Positions 1-12,500 of a stretch of 60,000 bases of DNA are shown one piece after another. The position numbers and the translations under genes were made by a program. This stretch comes from Vicugna vicugna (lineage: Eukaryota): assembly GCA_013265495.1 (NCBI GenBank), contig MU057801.1, forward strand, positions 2,326,301-2,386,300, written 5' to 3'. Within the stretch, counting starts at the first letter, position 1. Each line of letters starts with the position of its first letter. Under the pieces are notes generated by a model that saw only the letters and a program-made list of their open reading frames with translations, ran no database searches and was not told the DNA's origin.

Positions 1-350
1 CAGCCCCCTCTCCTCCCGGGGGGTCAGCGAGGGGCTGAAAGTTCCAGCCTTCTCATCACCGGCTGGTTCCACCGACAACCAGCCCCCCCTAGGGGCCCCC
101 AGGAGTCACCTCGTAGCACAAGCCAGGCGGGGGTGAAGGGGCTCACTGTGAACGAGAGGGGACCCCTCGCCCTCAGCACTCGGGGTCACAGAGGGGCTGC
201 ACGCGTCTGTGCCAGGACCCAGACGAGAACAGACGCGGGGCTCAACTACATCCCGGCAGCGCAGCCGCGTGCGACTGTCTGCTCTGTGGTCATCCTTCCA
301 GGAGCACTGCGTTTTCACCCGACCCTTCACATCTGTAATATCCACTGGTC
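1..350. mobile_element. MER21-like LTR fragment
   Basis: cagcccctctcc...ggggctgaaagttcca motif, similar to the copy near 42890-42950. Confidence 0.5.
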
Positions 351-1267
351 CTAAAAGCCTGGAGACTTCCTAGTTTTCCCTGCAAGATGATTTCATTTCT
401 GGGTTTAACCTATTTGTCTACAGTCCCACTCCCTCCACGTGAGGAGGAAGCAGAGACCCCGAAGGAGGGGAGACACAGAAGCCCCAGGGAGATTCTCTTC
501 TTGGGCTCATCCGAATTCTGACACCAAATGCCTGTCACTGCTAGACTGAGGCCCTGCACTGTTTCACAAACCAGCAGCAGGTGTAGGGGCCAGACCACCC
601 AGTCAGTCATCCCAGCTGTGCCCCCGAGCAGCAGGCAGACCCTGCGCCCCAAGCGCGGCCTCAGTGCTCAGCCTCGGACCCCGGGGTTCCACCTTTTGAG
701 AACTTGTCACTATGCCTGTTTATTGAGGAAAAAATAATCATAGATTCTCAGACACTGGAGACATTTAAGGAGTCTGGAAAAGCACCTGTGTTTAAGCATA
801 ATTCCCTGACATAAAGTGTGAGAAGCCAAGCAAGAAGGCCAGATGGCCTCACCCGGCGCCAGCCCAGCGCCTCAGCCTGGCGCAGGGCACCCCCCGCACA
901 CAGCGCAGAGGTCGGTAAGGGATCAAAGTCTAGAAGGAAAGGAGACCAATCGTCTCAGAAATGAGCCCTTAGCTCTACTACACGGAAGGGGAGAACAGAC
1001 CCCCTGAAGCTGAGAAACATGAAAACTGCCAAGAGGATGAAAATGAAACAAAGGAGGGAGGGGGTCAGAGACAAGGGGACAGAGCACAGGCTGAGAGCCC
1101 ACAGCCTGCAACTGGAGAATGGGCGGCGGAAGAGCACTGACACGGTATTTAAACTTCTGCTTTCACACAGACCTAAGATCTGGATCTAAGCACTGAAAGG
1201 CCTACCAGGTACTGGGAACGCAGACCCAGCTCTACTGTGAAGCACAGCCTGGTGAGACCATCAGATC

Positions 1268-1875
1268 TTTTTTTTTATTATTTTATTTCAATTAATTAAT
1301 TAATTAACATTGAAGTGTGGCTGATTGACAAGTGCTGTGTTAGTTTCAGGTGTATAGGAAAGTGAAACAGTTACCCACACACATATTCTTTTCCAGAGTC
1401 TTTTCCATTACAGGTTATTACAAGATACTGAATGTAGTTCCCTCTGCTGTACTGTAGGTCCTTGCTGTTCATCTGTTTTATACATGGTAGTGTGTGTCTG
1501 TTAACCCCAAACTCCCAATTTATTCCCCCCCTTTCCCCCTGGTAACCACAGTTTGGTTTCTGTCTGTGAGTCTGTTTCGTAAATAAATTCATTTGTATCA
1601 TTTTTTTAAGATTCCATTTATAAGTGAAATCATATGCCATTCTCTGTCTGACTTACTTCATTTAATATAATAATCTCTACGTCTATCCACGTTGCTGCAA
1701 ATGGCCTTATCGCATTCTTATTATGGCTGAGTAGTATTCCATTGTACAAATATATCCCAGCTTCCCTATTCAGCCATCTGCCGATGGACACTTATGCTGC
1801 TTCCATGTCCTAGCTACTGTAAATAGTGCTGTGAATACTGGGGGTGCATGTGTCTTTTTGAATGAGAGTTTCCTC
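1268..1875 (-). mobile_element. 5'-truncated L1 (3' end of ORF2, 3'UTR and poly-A)
   Basis: Poly-T followed by the reverse complement of a cetartiodactyl L1 3' end (agattccatttataagtga, atggctgagtagtattccattg). Confidence 0.9.
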
Positions 1876-2095
1876 CAAATATATATTTTTCATATCCATA
1901 AACTTTATTTTTTTAATGTTTTATGTTAAAAACCAACCATACAGGAATATTTATTAACATACTTAACACATACTTTAAAAAGTAAGTCTGTTCCCCAGGT
2001 TGAAGGAAAACACATTAGACATTAAAGATCCAAGACCAAAAACAGGAGGAACAGAGGTAGACAAATAACATGGAAACGTTTGTTCTGACAAAGTA

Positions 2096-2637
2096 CAGTT
2101 GGCCCTGACTCATGATGGTTTGACTTACGAGTTTTCAACCTTACAACGGTGCAAAAGTGACACACATTCAGTAAAAAGCATACTCTGAGTCTGATTCTTT
2201 CCCAGGCTAGCGATTCGCAGTGCGACCCCCTCGTGATGCTGGGCAAGGTGCGCGCTGAGCTCACTGGCAGCCTGCTGTCCGGGTGTCAACATCTGCTTAC
2301 AGCTGTTATCACAGGCAGCTCACCAGTGCCCCGCCCCCAGACACTGGCGCCCCGCCCCGACACCAGCGCTCCGCCCCCAGACACCCACTCTGCTGTTCAC
2401 TTTCAGTACCACAGTCAATGAATTACATGAGATACTCAATGCTTTATTATTAAATATGCTTTGTGTTAGGTGGTTTTGCCCAACTGTAGGCTAACACAAG
2501 TTTAAGCAGGCCGGGCTAAGGCACGATGTACTGGTATCAGTAGGTTAGGTGTACTAAATGCGTTTTCAACTGATGGCATTTTCAACTTACAGTGGGTTTA
2601 CTGGGACGTAATCCCATGGTAAGTTGGGGAAGATCTG
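2096..2637 (-). mobile_element. TcMar-Tigger-type MITE (MER82-like)
   Basis: Bounded by TA|CAG...CTG|TA with degenerate terminal inverted repeats and ACTTAC/GTAAGT subterminal motifs. Confidence 0.7.
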
Positions 2638-2884
2638 TACAAAAACTGAACCTTTCCCCCAACACACACCCTGGATAAAGGGGTACGTAGGACATGCTCA
2701 CTGACTGGCACACGGTGATGGGTGTTCTCAGAGCAGGCAAAATACTCAATGCCTAAGAAAGGAAACGGAGCTAAGGTATTAAGAGAGATTCACAGTATAA
2801 AGGTAACCAGTAGAACAAAAGTACTAAGTTTCCTAAATAAAAAGCAAAGAAATCACATGAAGAAAAACTGCAAATAGAACAGAA

Positions 2885-3086
2885 CACTGACTCCTGAACA
2901 GCATGGGGGCTGGGCGCTGACCCTCGGCGCAGTGGAAAATCCACGTCTGACACGCGGCTCCGGAAACACATAGTTCCCTGCGTCCTCGATTCTGCAGATC
3001 ACGCAGCCCCGCAGGACTTACTGCGGAAAAATCTGCATGTGAGTGGACCTGCTCAGTTTAAACCCACGCTGCTCAAGGGTCTGCTG
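2885..3086. mobile_element. Tigger-family MITE (MER8/Tigger1-like)
   Basis: Degenerate inverted termini cactgactcctgaaca ... gctcaagggtctgctg. Confidence 0.6.
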
Positions 3087-3089
3087 GAC

Positions 3090-5050
3090 ACAACAAAAAT
3101 AACAGAGCAGGATGACACAATTAAAAATCATCAGCACACCCATCAGAGCAATAATGTAAACACGCTGAAGATTTTACATTTGCTCACAAGACAAAACCCA
3201 ACTCTGCCCAATAGGAGAGCCTTAAGATAAAGAGATGGTCAGAAGTTTACCAAGCACACTAACCAGCGCTTGTCAGGTCTGCTGCAGCAACAAACCCCCT
3301 AGTCTCTCCCCCTCGCCCCACCTCCTGCAGGCAGGTCGCGACTCCGACTCCGCTGGCCCCTCCTCCGGGGGCATCTCTACCGAGGAGCGCAGCCCTACCT
3401 GGGGTGTTCCCTTCTCATGACAGAGAAACCACAGCAGAAGAATGGGACAACCCGGCAGCTTCCGCTCAGTTTCCCTCCCTCCCTCCACCACAACTCAGTA
3501 GGGAGGGGAGGTGCCCTCTCCTCAGCCAGGCAGCGCAGGTCACATGGCAACAGGCATCAGGAATAATCCTCTTACATCACACAGCCCTGAAACAGGCAAA
3601 CACGAATAACAAGAAAGGGGGGACTGCTACCCTGGCATCAGATAAGGTAGAATTTGGGCTCAAACGTATCATATGAAATAAAGAAATGCACTTCATCATG
3701 CTAAAGATACAATTCATAATGAAATCATACTAGTTTTAAATATCTAAGTACCACAATACAGCAGCCACCTTTATAGCAGGAATTACACCCAATCCAAGAA
3801 GATAGAAATACACTTATAAAAGGAGACACTGATATAAATATACCCCCTTTAGGCCAAAACAGGTCAAGTGGACAAAAAATTAACACATGAAAGACCTCGA
3901 CGACAGTCAGCAGCTGACCTCGGGGATCTCATGCAGCCACCTGCTCTCTGGGAAAACACACCCCTCCTCAGGTGCACTGGACCATGCACGACCACCAACC
4001 ACACACTAAAGGCAGAGAAAACCTGAGTAAGCCCTCCAATCACAATGAAGTAAAGCTGGAAATTACTAGTATACAAAAAAGGCCCTTCCACCTGAAACAA
4101 AACCCTCAAACAACTCTTGGGTCAAAGGGGAAGCAAATTAAAATAAAAACACTATGTATCAGGATCTATGAGATGTAATTAAAGCAGTTACCCAGTTTTA
4201 AAGGAAAGTTCATCCATGAATACTTGGATCCAGATAAATAAAACAATAGAAATAATGAACTAAATACTGCCCCCAATTCCCAAAAAAACCGAAGGGCAAA
4301 ACCGAGAGAGAGCAATAAAGGCAGAAGCAGAAGTTGGCGAGGCAGAAGCAGCAAACCAGTGAACGCACAAGTCAGACACCAGCTGTTTGGGGAAAACAAT
4401 CAACAGAATCAAGAATAAAAGAGAAGAAGCACAAACACGAAAGACGTAACAAGACAGAAATTACGCAGTAACATTTTTAAAAGTCATAAAAGATCACTTT
4501 GCACAACTCTGCAAATAAATTGTAAAACTTGAATGAAATGAGTAACTTCCTAGGAAAATGCAACTTACCAAAACTGACTTCAGAAGAGAGAGTTTAAGCA
4601 TTACAAATTCCACAGGGAAAAAAGAGAACGTTATCAAAGAAATTACCCACCAGAAAGCCCGAGATCCTTTCACTATAAGAGGGTTCTATTTAAGTCTCCA
4701 AAGACCAGAGCGTGGGAGTAGAAAACCTAGATTCTTTCTGAGGCACCTGTGACATCAGCACTTCAACCTGAGAAAGACTACACAAAGGAACAGTAAGTAA
4801 AAGAATTCGAAATAAAGTATTCAAAACCAGAATCCAATAGCCCATAAAAAATGATAACCCAGAGGGGTTATTCAAAATGCCAAGGACAACTCGTTGTCAG
4901 GACGGTCACTAATTAGTACATAATTCAGGAGAAAAGTCATGTTCCTCTTACTGGCACTGAAGAGGCCTCCAAAACAGAACGCTTCCTTCAACCCCCTAAG
5001 GAAAGCACCTACTGCAACTGGAATTGGCAGGTACTTCCTTATTGTGAAAA
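3090..5050 (+). mobile_element. Ancient degenerate L1 ORF2 (endonuclease region onward)
   Basis: A-rich sequence with remnant peptide KQANTNNKKGGTATLASDKVEF and many stops and frameshifts. Confidence 0.7.
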
Positions 5051-8000
5051 ACAGAACATTTAATCCAAGAAAGTACTGACCTATTAATTTGTTAGATCTT
5101 AATTAAATTGCCATTGCTTATGATAAGCTCTATTCAAATACAGACACAACATTCTGAAATGCTACTTCCAAAGCTTTCTTACTGTGAACTCTAAGTACCA
5201 CTCACAGTAAGTTCTTACAGCCCAGAAGCTTTACTGATTTCACCATCTAATCAAATAGATGCAAAGGGAGAGCCAAAAGACAGACCACAGGCCTCCTCTA
5301 GCTGGGTGGTCCTGCACGCTGGCTGCAGCCCACTCCCGGGTCACACCTGGCTTCTTGGCATCTCAAAAAATCCCAGTTTGGCTATTATATTCCTAGCCAC
5401 TCTATAAGTCACAGAAATAGAAAGACATTTGAAAAAATTTTTAAGTAGAATTACAAGTTTAAATTTTTTTAAACTTGTAGATAAAAGTTTAGAGATTGAA
5501 AATTAACCAAAATCAGGAGGTTAAGGAGAAAATGCACTGTTATATGGACCATGCAAAATTCTTCGTTTTTAGCAGAACTGATAGATGTTATCTAAAATTA
5601 ATACAGTAGGTAGTGTAACTACTCTAAGATTATTTTGAATTATGCCAGTAACCACCAGAGGAATCAAAAAACGCTAAGAACGGTTCCTTCTGCTGAGTAA
5701 GGCTTAGCAGTGAGGACTCCGGGAAAACTTCCCTTTTCAACTGAAACCCTCTGTACTCCGAGCATTTTCCTACCTACGTCGCTGCCACATTGACTATAAA
5801 CACGTATTTAAGAAAACACAGAGGAAAGCAATGTGAACCCCCGTCACTGTTACCTCCGCTCTTGAAACCAGACAAGAGGACAAGTCAGTGTCTGCACCCG
5901 CCTGCACCCAGGTCTCTCCAGCAGGACCAACCAGCACCTGCGGCAGGTCACGCGCTGGGGGAGCTGCTGGACCCCCAAGAAAAAGGCGGGCTCCCCGGGG
6001 CTGACACTCCAGGGCCACGCGCCGCCCGTCCTCCCCACCCCCGAACAAACGTGCACCCTGCAGGCTCCCAAGAGTGAGAGTACGTGGCGAACACGGCAAA
6101 GAGCAAACAGGAAAAGGACAGCCTGCAACCGTTCATCATCTGATACACAAACCGTAACACCAAAGTCAGAACGCCCAAGGACGGCAGCTAACAGCAACAC
6201 AGCTGGTGCCACTTGGGCGGCGGCACGCTGACGCCTGGCTCAGTCCTCTCAAGCCTGACAGCACTTTCCCTCCCTCTGCCCCTTCGAGCCGAGCAGAAGC
6301 TCTGAGTGTCATTTACCGGGCCAGGGCGCCCAACTAATCCACCACAACCTGTATCTGGTATTCCCGTGCGTAACAGCAAAGGCAACTGTAACTCATCCAT
6401 AAGAGACGCCACGTAAAACACAATTACTCCATTCCTCATCACATAGGAAATACCTAATTCTCATACCGCACCACCTGTCTCTAAGCAAATCTGAGCGTAG
6501 TCATTTCTAAGTCCACTCTGCCTTTGAATCTCTACTGTAACTGAGCAGACCTAAGCGCTTTATGAATGCTATCCCATGCCCCAGCATATTTTGGCAAAAT
6601 TTTAAACACAATCTTTGTCACAATAACGCCGAGTGAAGAAAACGCTGACAATTAATGGCCTGCTGTGCTTGAGAAACACCTCCAATTTTCACAAGCAGCT
6701 AAGAGATCATAAGCTCACAATTATCTCAAGACAACCCCAGAGTCTTTCTTTACCTTTACTTTGACACTGCCAGATTTCTGGCTTTTTCACAAGCTTTGAG
6801 ACTGGGGAACATTCACGAGCAAGAGAAGACAGATTAACCACCCAGGACGTCTTCCCACCGTCGGTTTTAAGCCACTCTTCCATGTGCACTGGGCAGTGCA
6901 TCCTCAACGTGGCCTCCCACATCGAGATGGAGAGGGCAGTGAGGGGCCTTGGAAATGCAGTTACCTGCTGTCAGACCCCGGTCAGCTTAAGACTCTATTA
7001 GCAATCATGAGATGCTAAATTAGAATTTGAAACTAACTATAAAACTCAATAGCTCATCTCTGGAAACAAATGAAATTGAAACACAACTCTCATGGTGGTA
7101 GTTTTGCTGTACTACACTAAGCCAGCAGAAAGAGTAAGTTTTAATTTAATTCCACAACTACAAAAACACACACAGCTTAACCGTCCTTCATGCAGAAGGA
7201 CAGCAACACACAACCTCGGTCCTTGTGACAGCTGGTCCCCGGGCGGCTCCTCTCCTGGGGGAAGGAGCACTGACATCTCGCAGACAGGCATGGACTTGGA
7301 CCTGTGCCTCACACACAGGAGGAAAACACAACTGACTTTTTCTCTGGAGCATACAAAGCACTTTTTCACCCAATTTTACTGAAAGCAAGAGGAAAGAGCT
7401 ACAGAAGAGCAGTGAGAAAAGAACACAGCATTGCACCAAACTAGCGAGGGTGGGGGATCAACACTGAGTGCAGGGGATCAGCCCTAACAGGGGTCACCTG
7501 CAGCGGGAACGAGTCTGCAGTGGGAAGCGCCTGCAGCCGGCTGAGCACCCTGTCTCGGTGGCCTCTTTGGAGCACTGGCACCAGCTCTTAAACATGTGGG
7601 CTCAGTGACACTGCTGACCCTCCCGTGGTGGGTTTGGTTAAGTAAGGAGTCTGACACGAAGACGGACGACACCGCGGTTTAAAGGGCAACAAGCAGATGG
7701 GACTCCAGAGCTGAGGGCGCAGGGGCGGGGTGGAGCTGACAGCGTCCCAGCCCGGAAGGCTCACAACTAAGATTCCAAACACCTGAAATGCATACAGAAC
7801 CTGCCCTCCCACTGTAACTGACAGAGAAACTAGGCCAGGTTTGGGGCTTCAAATAATTATGTAACGTTATTAAAGCTCCGAACTCTGAGTACCCTTCTTC
7901 TCCAGGCTGTTCTGGAGCCAAGCATTACTGAAAACACAGTCCTCCACGGTATGAATAACACACGGTGCAGAGCTCTTTCAAAAATTTTATTTCAGTAAAA

Positions 8001-9830
8001 GACGAATATCTAGTCCAAAAGGCCTTTAGCTCTGAAGTCCTGGCAAAGCCACTGGGTCTGTCTGGTTCTCCACTTCCCTGATAAACAGCTGGGGCTGACA
8101 GTTCTGATCAGTATACTCATTAACATGTCCTAGTCCCCATCTTCATCGACCCTACGCGTTTTACAAGCACGTACTAACGGAGCCCTCACTCACTACGGGA
8201 TATCCTACTGTTACCCCAATTTATAGCAGGGTCGGGGGGTGCAAAGGAGCTGCCCCAGATCCCAAAGCGAGGATAATAAACTGACCTGCTGGAGCCAGGT
8301 CAGACCCAGGATGCAACGACCTTCGTGCAAACTAAGTGTGACCGGAGAGGATGAAAGCCTTCCTCTGCGGCCGGACAGAGAAACAGGTAATCAATAGTCA
8401 AGGAGGAAAAAACGTTTCTCTGAAGACAAAGTCTTTTCAAAATCCTTTGAGAATTACTGACTCAAGATTTGGCCCAGTTTCACAAAAACAATAACGCAAC
8501 ACCTCTTCATAGAAAGGAATGCTCCCTGGACAAGCATCAGGTGCTGCAAGGCGCTTTTCTCTGCCAATCGCAGACTGTCCTCCAGGGACGCACCTCCGGA
8601 CTTGAAATACGCTGTGCTATTAAGATCACCTCCGGCAGGAGGTGCTATGACATTCGAGTTTATCTGAACACGTTTTAACTGTGTTGTTTACCCAGAGCAA
8701 GGAGTTACTGTTTGCTGTAAGCCTCCAATACTAGGCAGCTCTCCTAAGGTACTGCCATACTTTAAAAGGGGAAGAAATCTATGGTACACGCTATAAACCA
8801 AACCACACATCACATGAGAAATCTAGAAACCAGCTGATAAAAGTGCTCTGCGAGGTTCTCGAGGACAGGGCCCCTTAACCCCTCCGCATCTTCGCATCCT
8901 GCACCATGCGCACCGCGTGAAACCTGCATTTGCGCACTGCCTGCAGCTGGTCAACGACGTGAAGTATTTCGAGCAAAAGAATGAAGGCGGCAAACAAGCT
9001 GGTAACAAACCGAACTTGTACAGAAATAAAACTCTGTTTAATGATGTAACAGTTAAGCACGGACCTCCGGTCCTTCTCAAAACAAACACAGAGCTCTTGG
9101 TGTCGGCAGAGGACCTTGCACTTTCAAAAGGAAAAACAAAAAACCACCGCGAATTTTCTGCCTCTCGTCCTAAACAGCTGAATCACTCGCACATTCCACC
9201 GCCCAGCATTCTTCCAACAACTGTCGGTGCAGGCTCTGCTCTGTGGGAAGCCCGAATTCAAGACCTTCCCTGGGAAATGAACGCGGTCCCCAAAGGCGCA
9301 GCCTTAAAGGGGAGCCGCGTTATCCCCAGTCCAACAGGAGGCCTGGGTATCACGTCAAGCTCCGGCGAAGGAAACACGCTGATTGGGGAAAACCTGTCGT
9401 CGCTTCCACGGACACTACTAACGCGTACTTGGCGCACAGGGTGGCGGGATGCGGGCGCCGCGGCCCCACCGCCCGCCCGACTCCCCCAGACAGACGCGGG
9501 CGTTGGGGCGGGGGTCTCGGACGTCTCACGCCCACACGGGTCTCCCGAGCGTCGCGGTTCATTCGTGGCGAAATGAACAAACCGATGTGGTCGCGGCGGG
9601 GAGGGTCAGGCACACCCGCGCTGCCGCGGACCCGCGAAGCCGTGGGACCCCCCGCCAGCGCGGGGCCCGAGGGGGGCGTCGGGGGTTCCAGGGGCCCTAG
9701 GAGAGCCCTGGAGGGCGGGCGGGGGCTGAGGGCTCCTGGTTGTTCCGAGGGATCCAGAGGAGGCGTGGGGGGGAGGGGCGCCGGCCCGGGATGGAGACCC
9801 CCCTCAGGGCACGCGCGACCCGGCACTCAC

Positions 9831-9928
9831 CCGAACAGCCCTCGAAGAAAGGAATGGGAGGCCTTGACTCGCTTCTCGGCCTCCGCCATCAGCTGCACCG
9901 CCTCTCGCTCCTTCCCCGCGGTGTCCAT
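9831..9928 (-). CDS. NAPB: NAPB (beta-SNAP) coding exon 1; the remaining exons were not found and presumably lie left of the window
   Basis: ATG at 9928 (-) reads [33 protein letters not shown], matching the beta-SNAP N-terminus. 98 nt, followed by a GTGAGT donor. Lies in a CpG island next to CSTL1, as in the known synteny. Confidence 0.96.
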
Positions 9929-10044
9929 GTCGTCTGCGCGGCGGCCTCAACAACCTCCTCCCTCGCCGACGCGCCCCCAGCGCCTCCAGCGCCTCCCCGA
10001 ACTCTCGCGGTGGCGGGACGCGCAGGCGCGGCGCGCAGCCTGTC

Positions 10045-10134
10045 GGGAGTTTCAGTCCCGGCCGCTCCCGGGAGCGCCTCTCGCTGCGGAAAGGTGCGCA
10101 TGAGCGGCGCATAGCCTATCGGGAGTTGTAGTCC
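10045..10134 (-). promoter_or_regulatory. ZNF143/THAP11-type ACTACAnnTCCC motif, a degenerate second copy and a partial NRF1-like site
   Basis: Minus strand GGACTACAACTCCC at 10121-10134 and GGACTGAAACTCCC at 10045-10058; TGCGCATG at 10095-10102. Confidence 0.65.
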
Positions 10135-10634
10135 AGCCCGCGGCCGGGGGATGGGAGTGTACGAAGCGTCAGCTACAGCTGCCAGAACGCTGCAGAGCCG
10201 GGCTGGCTTCAGGGGCTTTGGGGCTGGGGTCCCGACCTTCTGTAGGGCCCTCGGCCTAGGAGAACGTTTATCGTTTTAAGGATGCGGGAAATGGAAAGGG
10301 GCCCGTGGCTTCCATGGAAGACGGCTTCAAACCCAAGCATCACGTTGGTTCAGGAGTCCCCGCCCAGCACGACTGAGCGTGGTCAGGGGACGGACGAGGA
10401 CTCGGGGACGCGGGGATAACGGGATGGAGGGCGCGGCAGGTGGCAGGATGGAATGCCCCACTGCGCGCGAATTCCCCGAGCGTGGTCTAAGGTGGCCCGG
10501 CCGTGGTAAGCAGCTGCACTGACCTTGCGATGCCCGGCTACCAACCCTCCAGCTGCAGCAGCAGGAGGGGCCACGTTTATCTCGAGCAAGGCCTTTAACG
10601 AGGAAGCATTTGTCCCAATATAAATTCAATATAA

Positions 10635-10995
10635 AAATACCATACGATATCACTTATATGTGGAATCTTAAAAAAATAACACAAATAACTCATCTGCAAA
10701 ACAGAAACAGACTCACAGACGTAGAAAATAAACTTGCGGTTACCAGGGGGAAAGAGGGGAAGGGATAAACTGGGAGTTTGGAATTTGCAGATACACACTA
10801 CTATATATAAAATAGGTAAACTACAAGGTCATACTGTAGAGCACAGGGAACTATTCAATACCTTGTAAAAGTGAAAAAGGAGAAGGAGTGTATATGTGTA
10901 ACTGAACCACTATGCTGTACACAAGAAACTAACACAGCGCTGTAAATCGACTATACTTCAATTAAAAAATACTAACGTTAATCTAAAAAAAATAA
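10635..10995 (+). mobile_element. 5'-truncated L1 3' end
   Basis: aaataccatacgatatcacttatatgtggaatct ... gactatacttcaattaaaaaa. Confidence 0.88.
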
Positions 10996-11879
10996 AATCA
11001 GAGTTGTTTTTCAGTGCCTGCACATTGCAACTTTGTCAGTCTTCACTGGTCATTGAAGACCTGCCTATGTGGGATGTAGGCACAATGGTCTTTTGTTGAC
11101 TGGATTCTTTTCAATGGATGCGAACCAGTGAGGTCCCTCTACATAATGCTGGCCATAGTGTGGAGTGGGTCTCCTGGAACACAGCTCTGCCTGCCAGCAA
11201 GACTTCTAATCTCCCACAAGTATCCATGGATAGATGCTATTGGGTGCCAACGATTTCCAGGCCTGTCCCAGAGGGCGTCATTTTTTAATATAAAGTCTAG
11301 ACCATTTACATTTGGCAAGGCTAAAGCAGAAGTGGTGAAGCAAATATGAAAATCACTGCCAAGCAAGAACTTGTGACAATTTCAAACTATTAATAAATGC
11401 ACCGTGGGCACTGGCACACAAAATATAGCTAAGAAGATGAGGCCTGTCTTCAGAGAGGAAGGCAAGAAGTCCAGACTCCTAGGCAGAAAGGTAACCACAG
11501 CGTATGTCACAGAGTTCACCCAGTGCAGCCACTCTAGAGACCAAAGGAAACCTCAGCTCCTCTGGCAGAGCTTCTTGCTTTTACTGCATGCATCACTCTA
11601 ACTCCGAGAAGCTGATCTGGAGCAATACTGGGGAAGAAGTCATTGCACTGAATTTTACCTGTCTCTTTCCCATGGTGGCGTATTCGGGCTTCATCATGTC
11701 TCACTATTTCAAAAATACTGAGGTCTGTCCCAGAATGCAGGGTGGGCTTTCCCAGGGGTGGTCACACAGATGCCGGCTTCTTGAGGGTGTGGAGCCAGCG
11801 TCTCCTGGCGCTCAGCACACCCAGCAGCGAGGGACTGGACCTGGAAATGCCCATGTTGCTCGTTGCCCACGAGGTCTGT

Positions 11880-12500
11880 GTTTGCGACTGCCTATTTGCT
11901 TGCATTTATGGGTGACTAGAATCAGTCCTAGGAGCACTTTCGAGGTCATCTGCAGACACGTGCAGGGCAGGAGACACTGGCATGCCCCATGCACACAGGG
12001 ACAAGGCGACCCTCTGCCCTCGTGTTGTAAATGAGTGTCCTTCTCGTTTTTCACATTTTTGTACGTTCTGTTGGTGACTTTGCTATTTAATTGGCCCCAA
12101 ACCCAGTGCTGAAGTGCTGTCTAGTCCCTGAGGCAAGAAGGCTGGGCCGTGCCCTCAGGAGGAAGCCTGGCTGTCAGATGAGCCTTGTGCAGCCTTGAGT
12201 TACAGAGCTGTCACCAGTGAGTCAGCCAGTGAGTCAACTGTATGTCAAGTAAAACGATATGTGTCATATACAAGAAGGCACATATTGACACAGTGTAACT
12301 GACTATACCTCAATTAAAAAGTAAAATTTAATTTAAAAAAAAGAAGGTACATATTGATGGGTTGACAAAATGTGAGCACTCAGGGGAAGCAAACCGCATT
12401 TCCAGATGGGGCGGGGGTAGGCAATGGTTCCGTTCTTGTTAATTCAGGGTCTGCACTGACTTTCTAGAACATTCCTGCCTTGGACAGTGAGCGCTGACGA
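11880..12500. mobile_element. Tigger3-like DNA transposon relic
   Basis: gtgctgaagtgctgtctagt...gcaagaaggctg segment recalled from Tigger3-type elements; boundaries approximate. Confidence 0.5.
12289..12340 (+). mobile_element. Minimal L1 3'-tail insertion with a 17-bp target-site duplication
   Basis: tgtaactgactatacctcaattaaaaa flanked by aagaagg(c/t)acatattga at 12272-12288 and 12341-12357. Confidence 0.8.

Larger units (their letters stand above)
9400..10520. promoter_or_regulatory. CpG island / NAPB promoter
   Basis: Very high GC and CpG density around NAPB exon 1; boundaries approximate. Confidence 0.85.

Noticed and set aside
1..9830. Further NAPB exons
   Set aside because: I did not find the exon 2 peptide (GNTRIEEACEMY) on the minus strand; the region appears to be intron 1 only.
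8917..10114. 219-286 aa ORFs overlapping the NAPB promoter
   Set aside because: Stop-poor CpG-island sequence with no recognisable domain; the real coding signal is the 98-nt NAPB exon.
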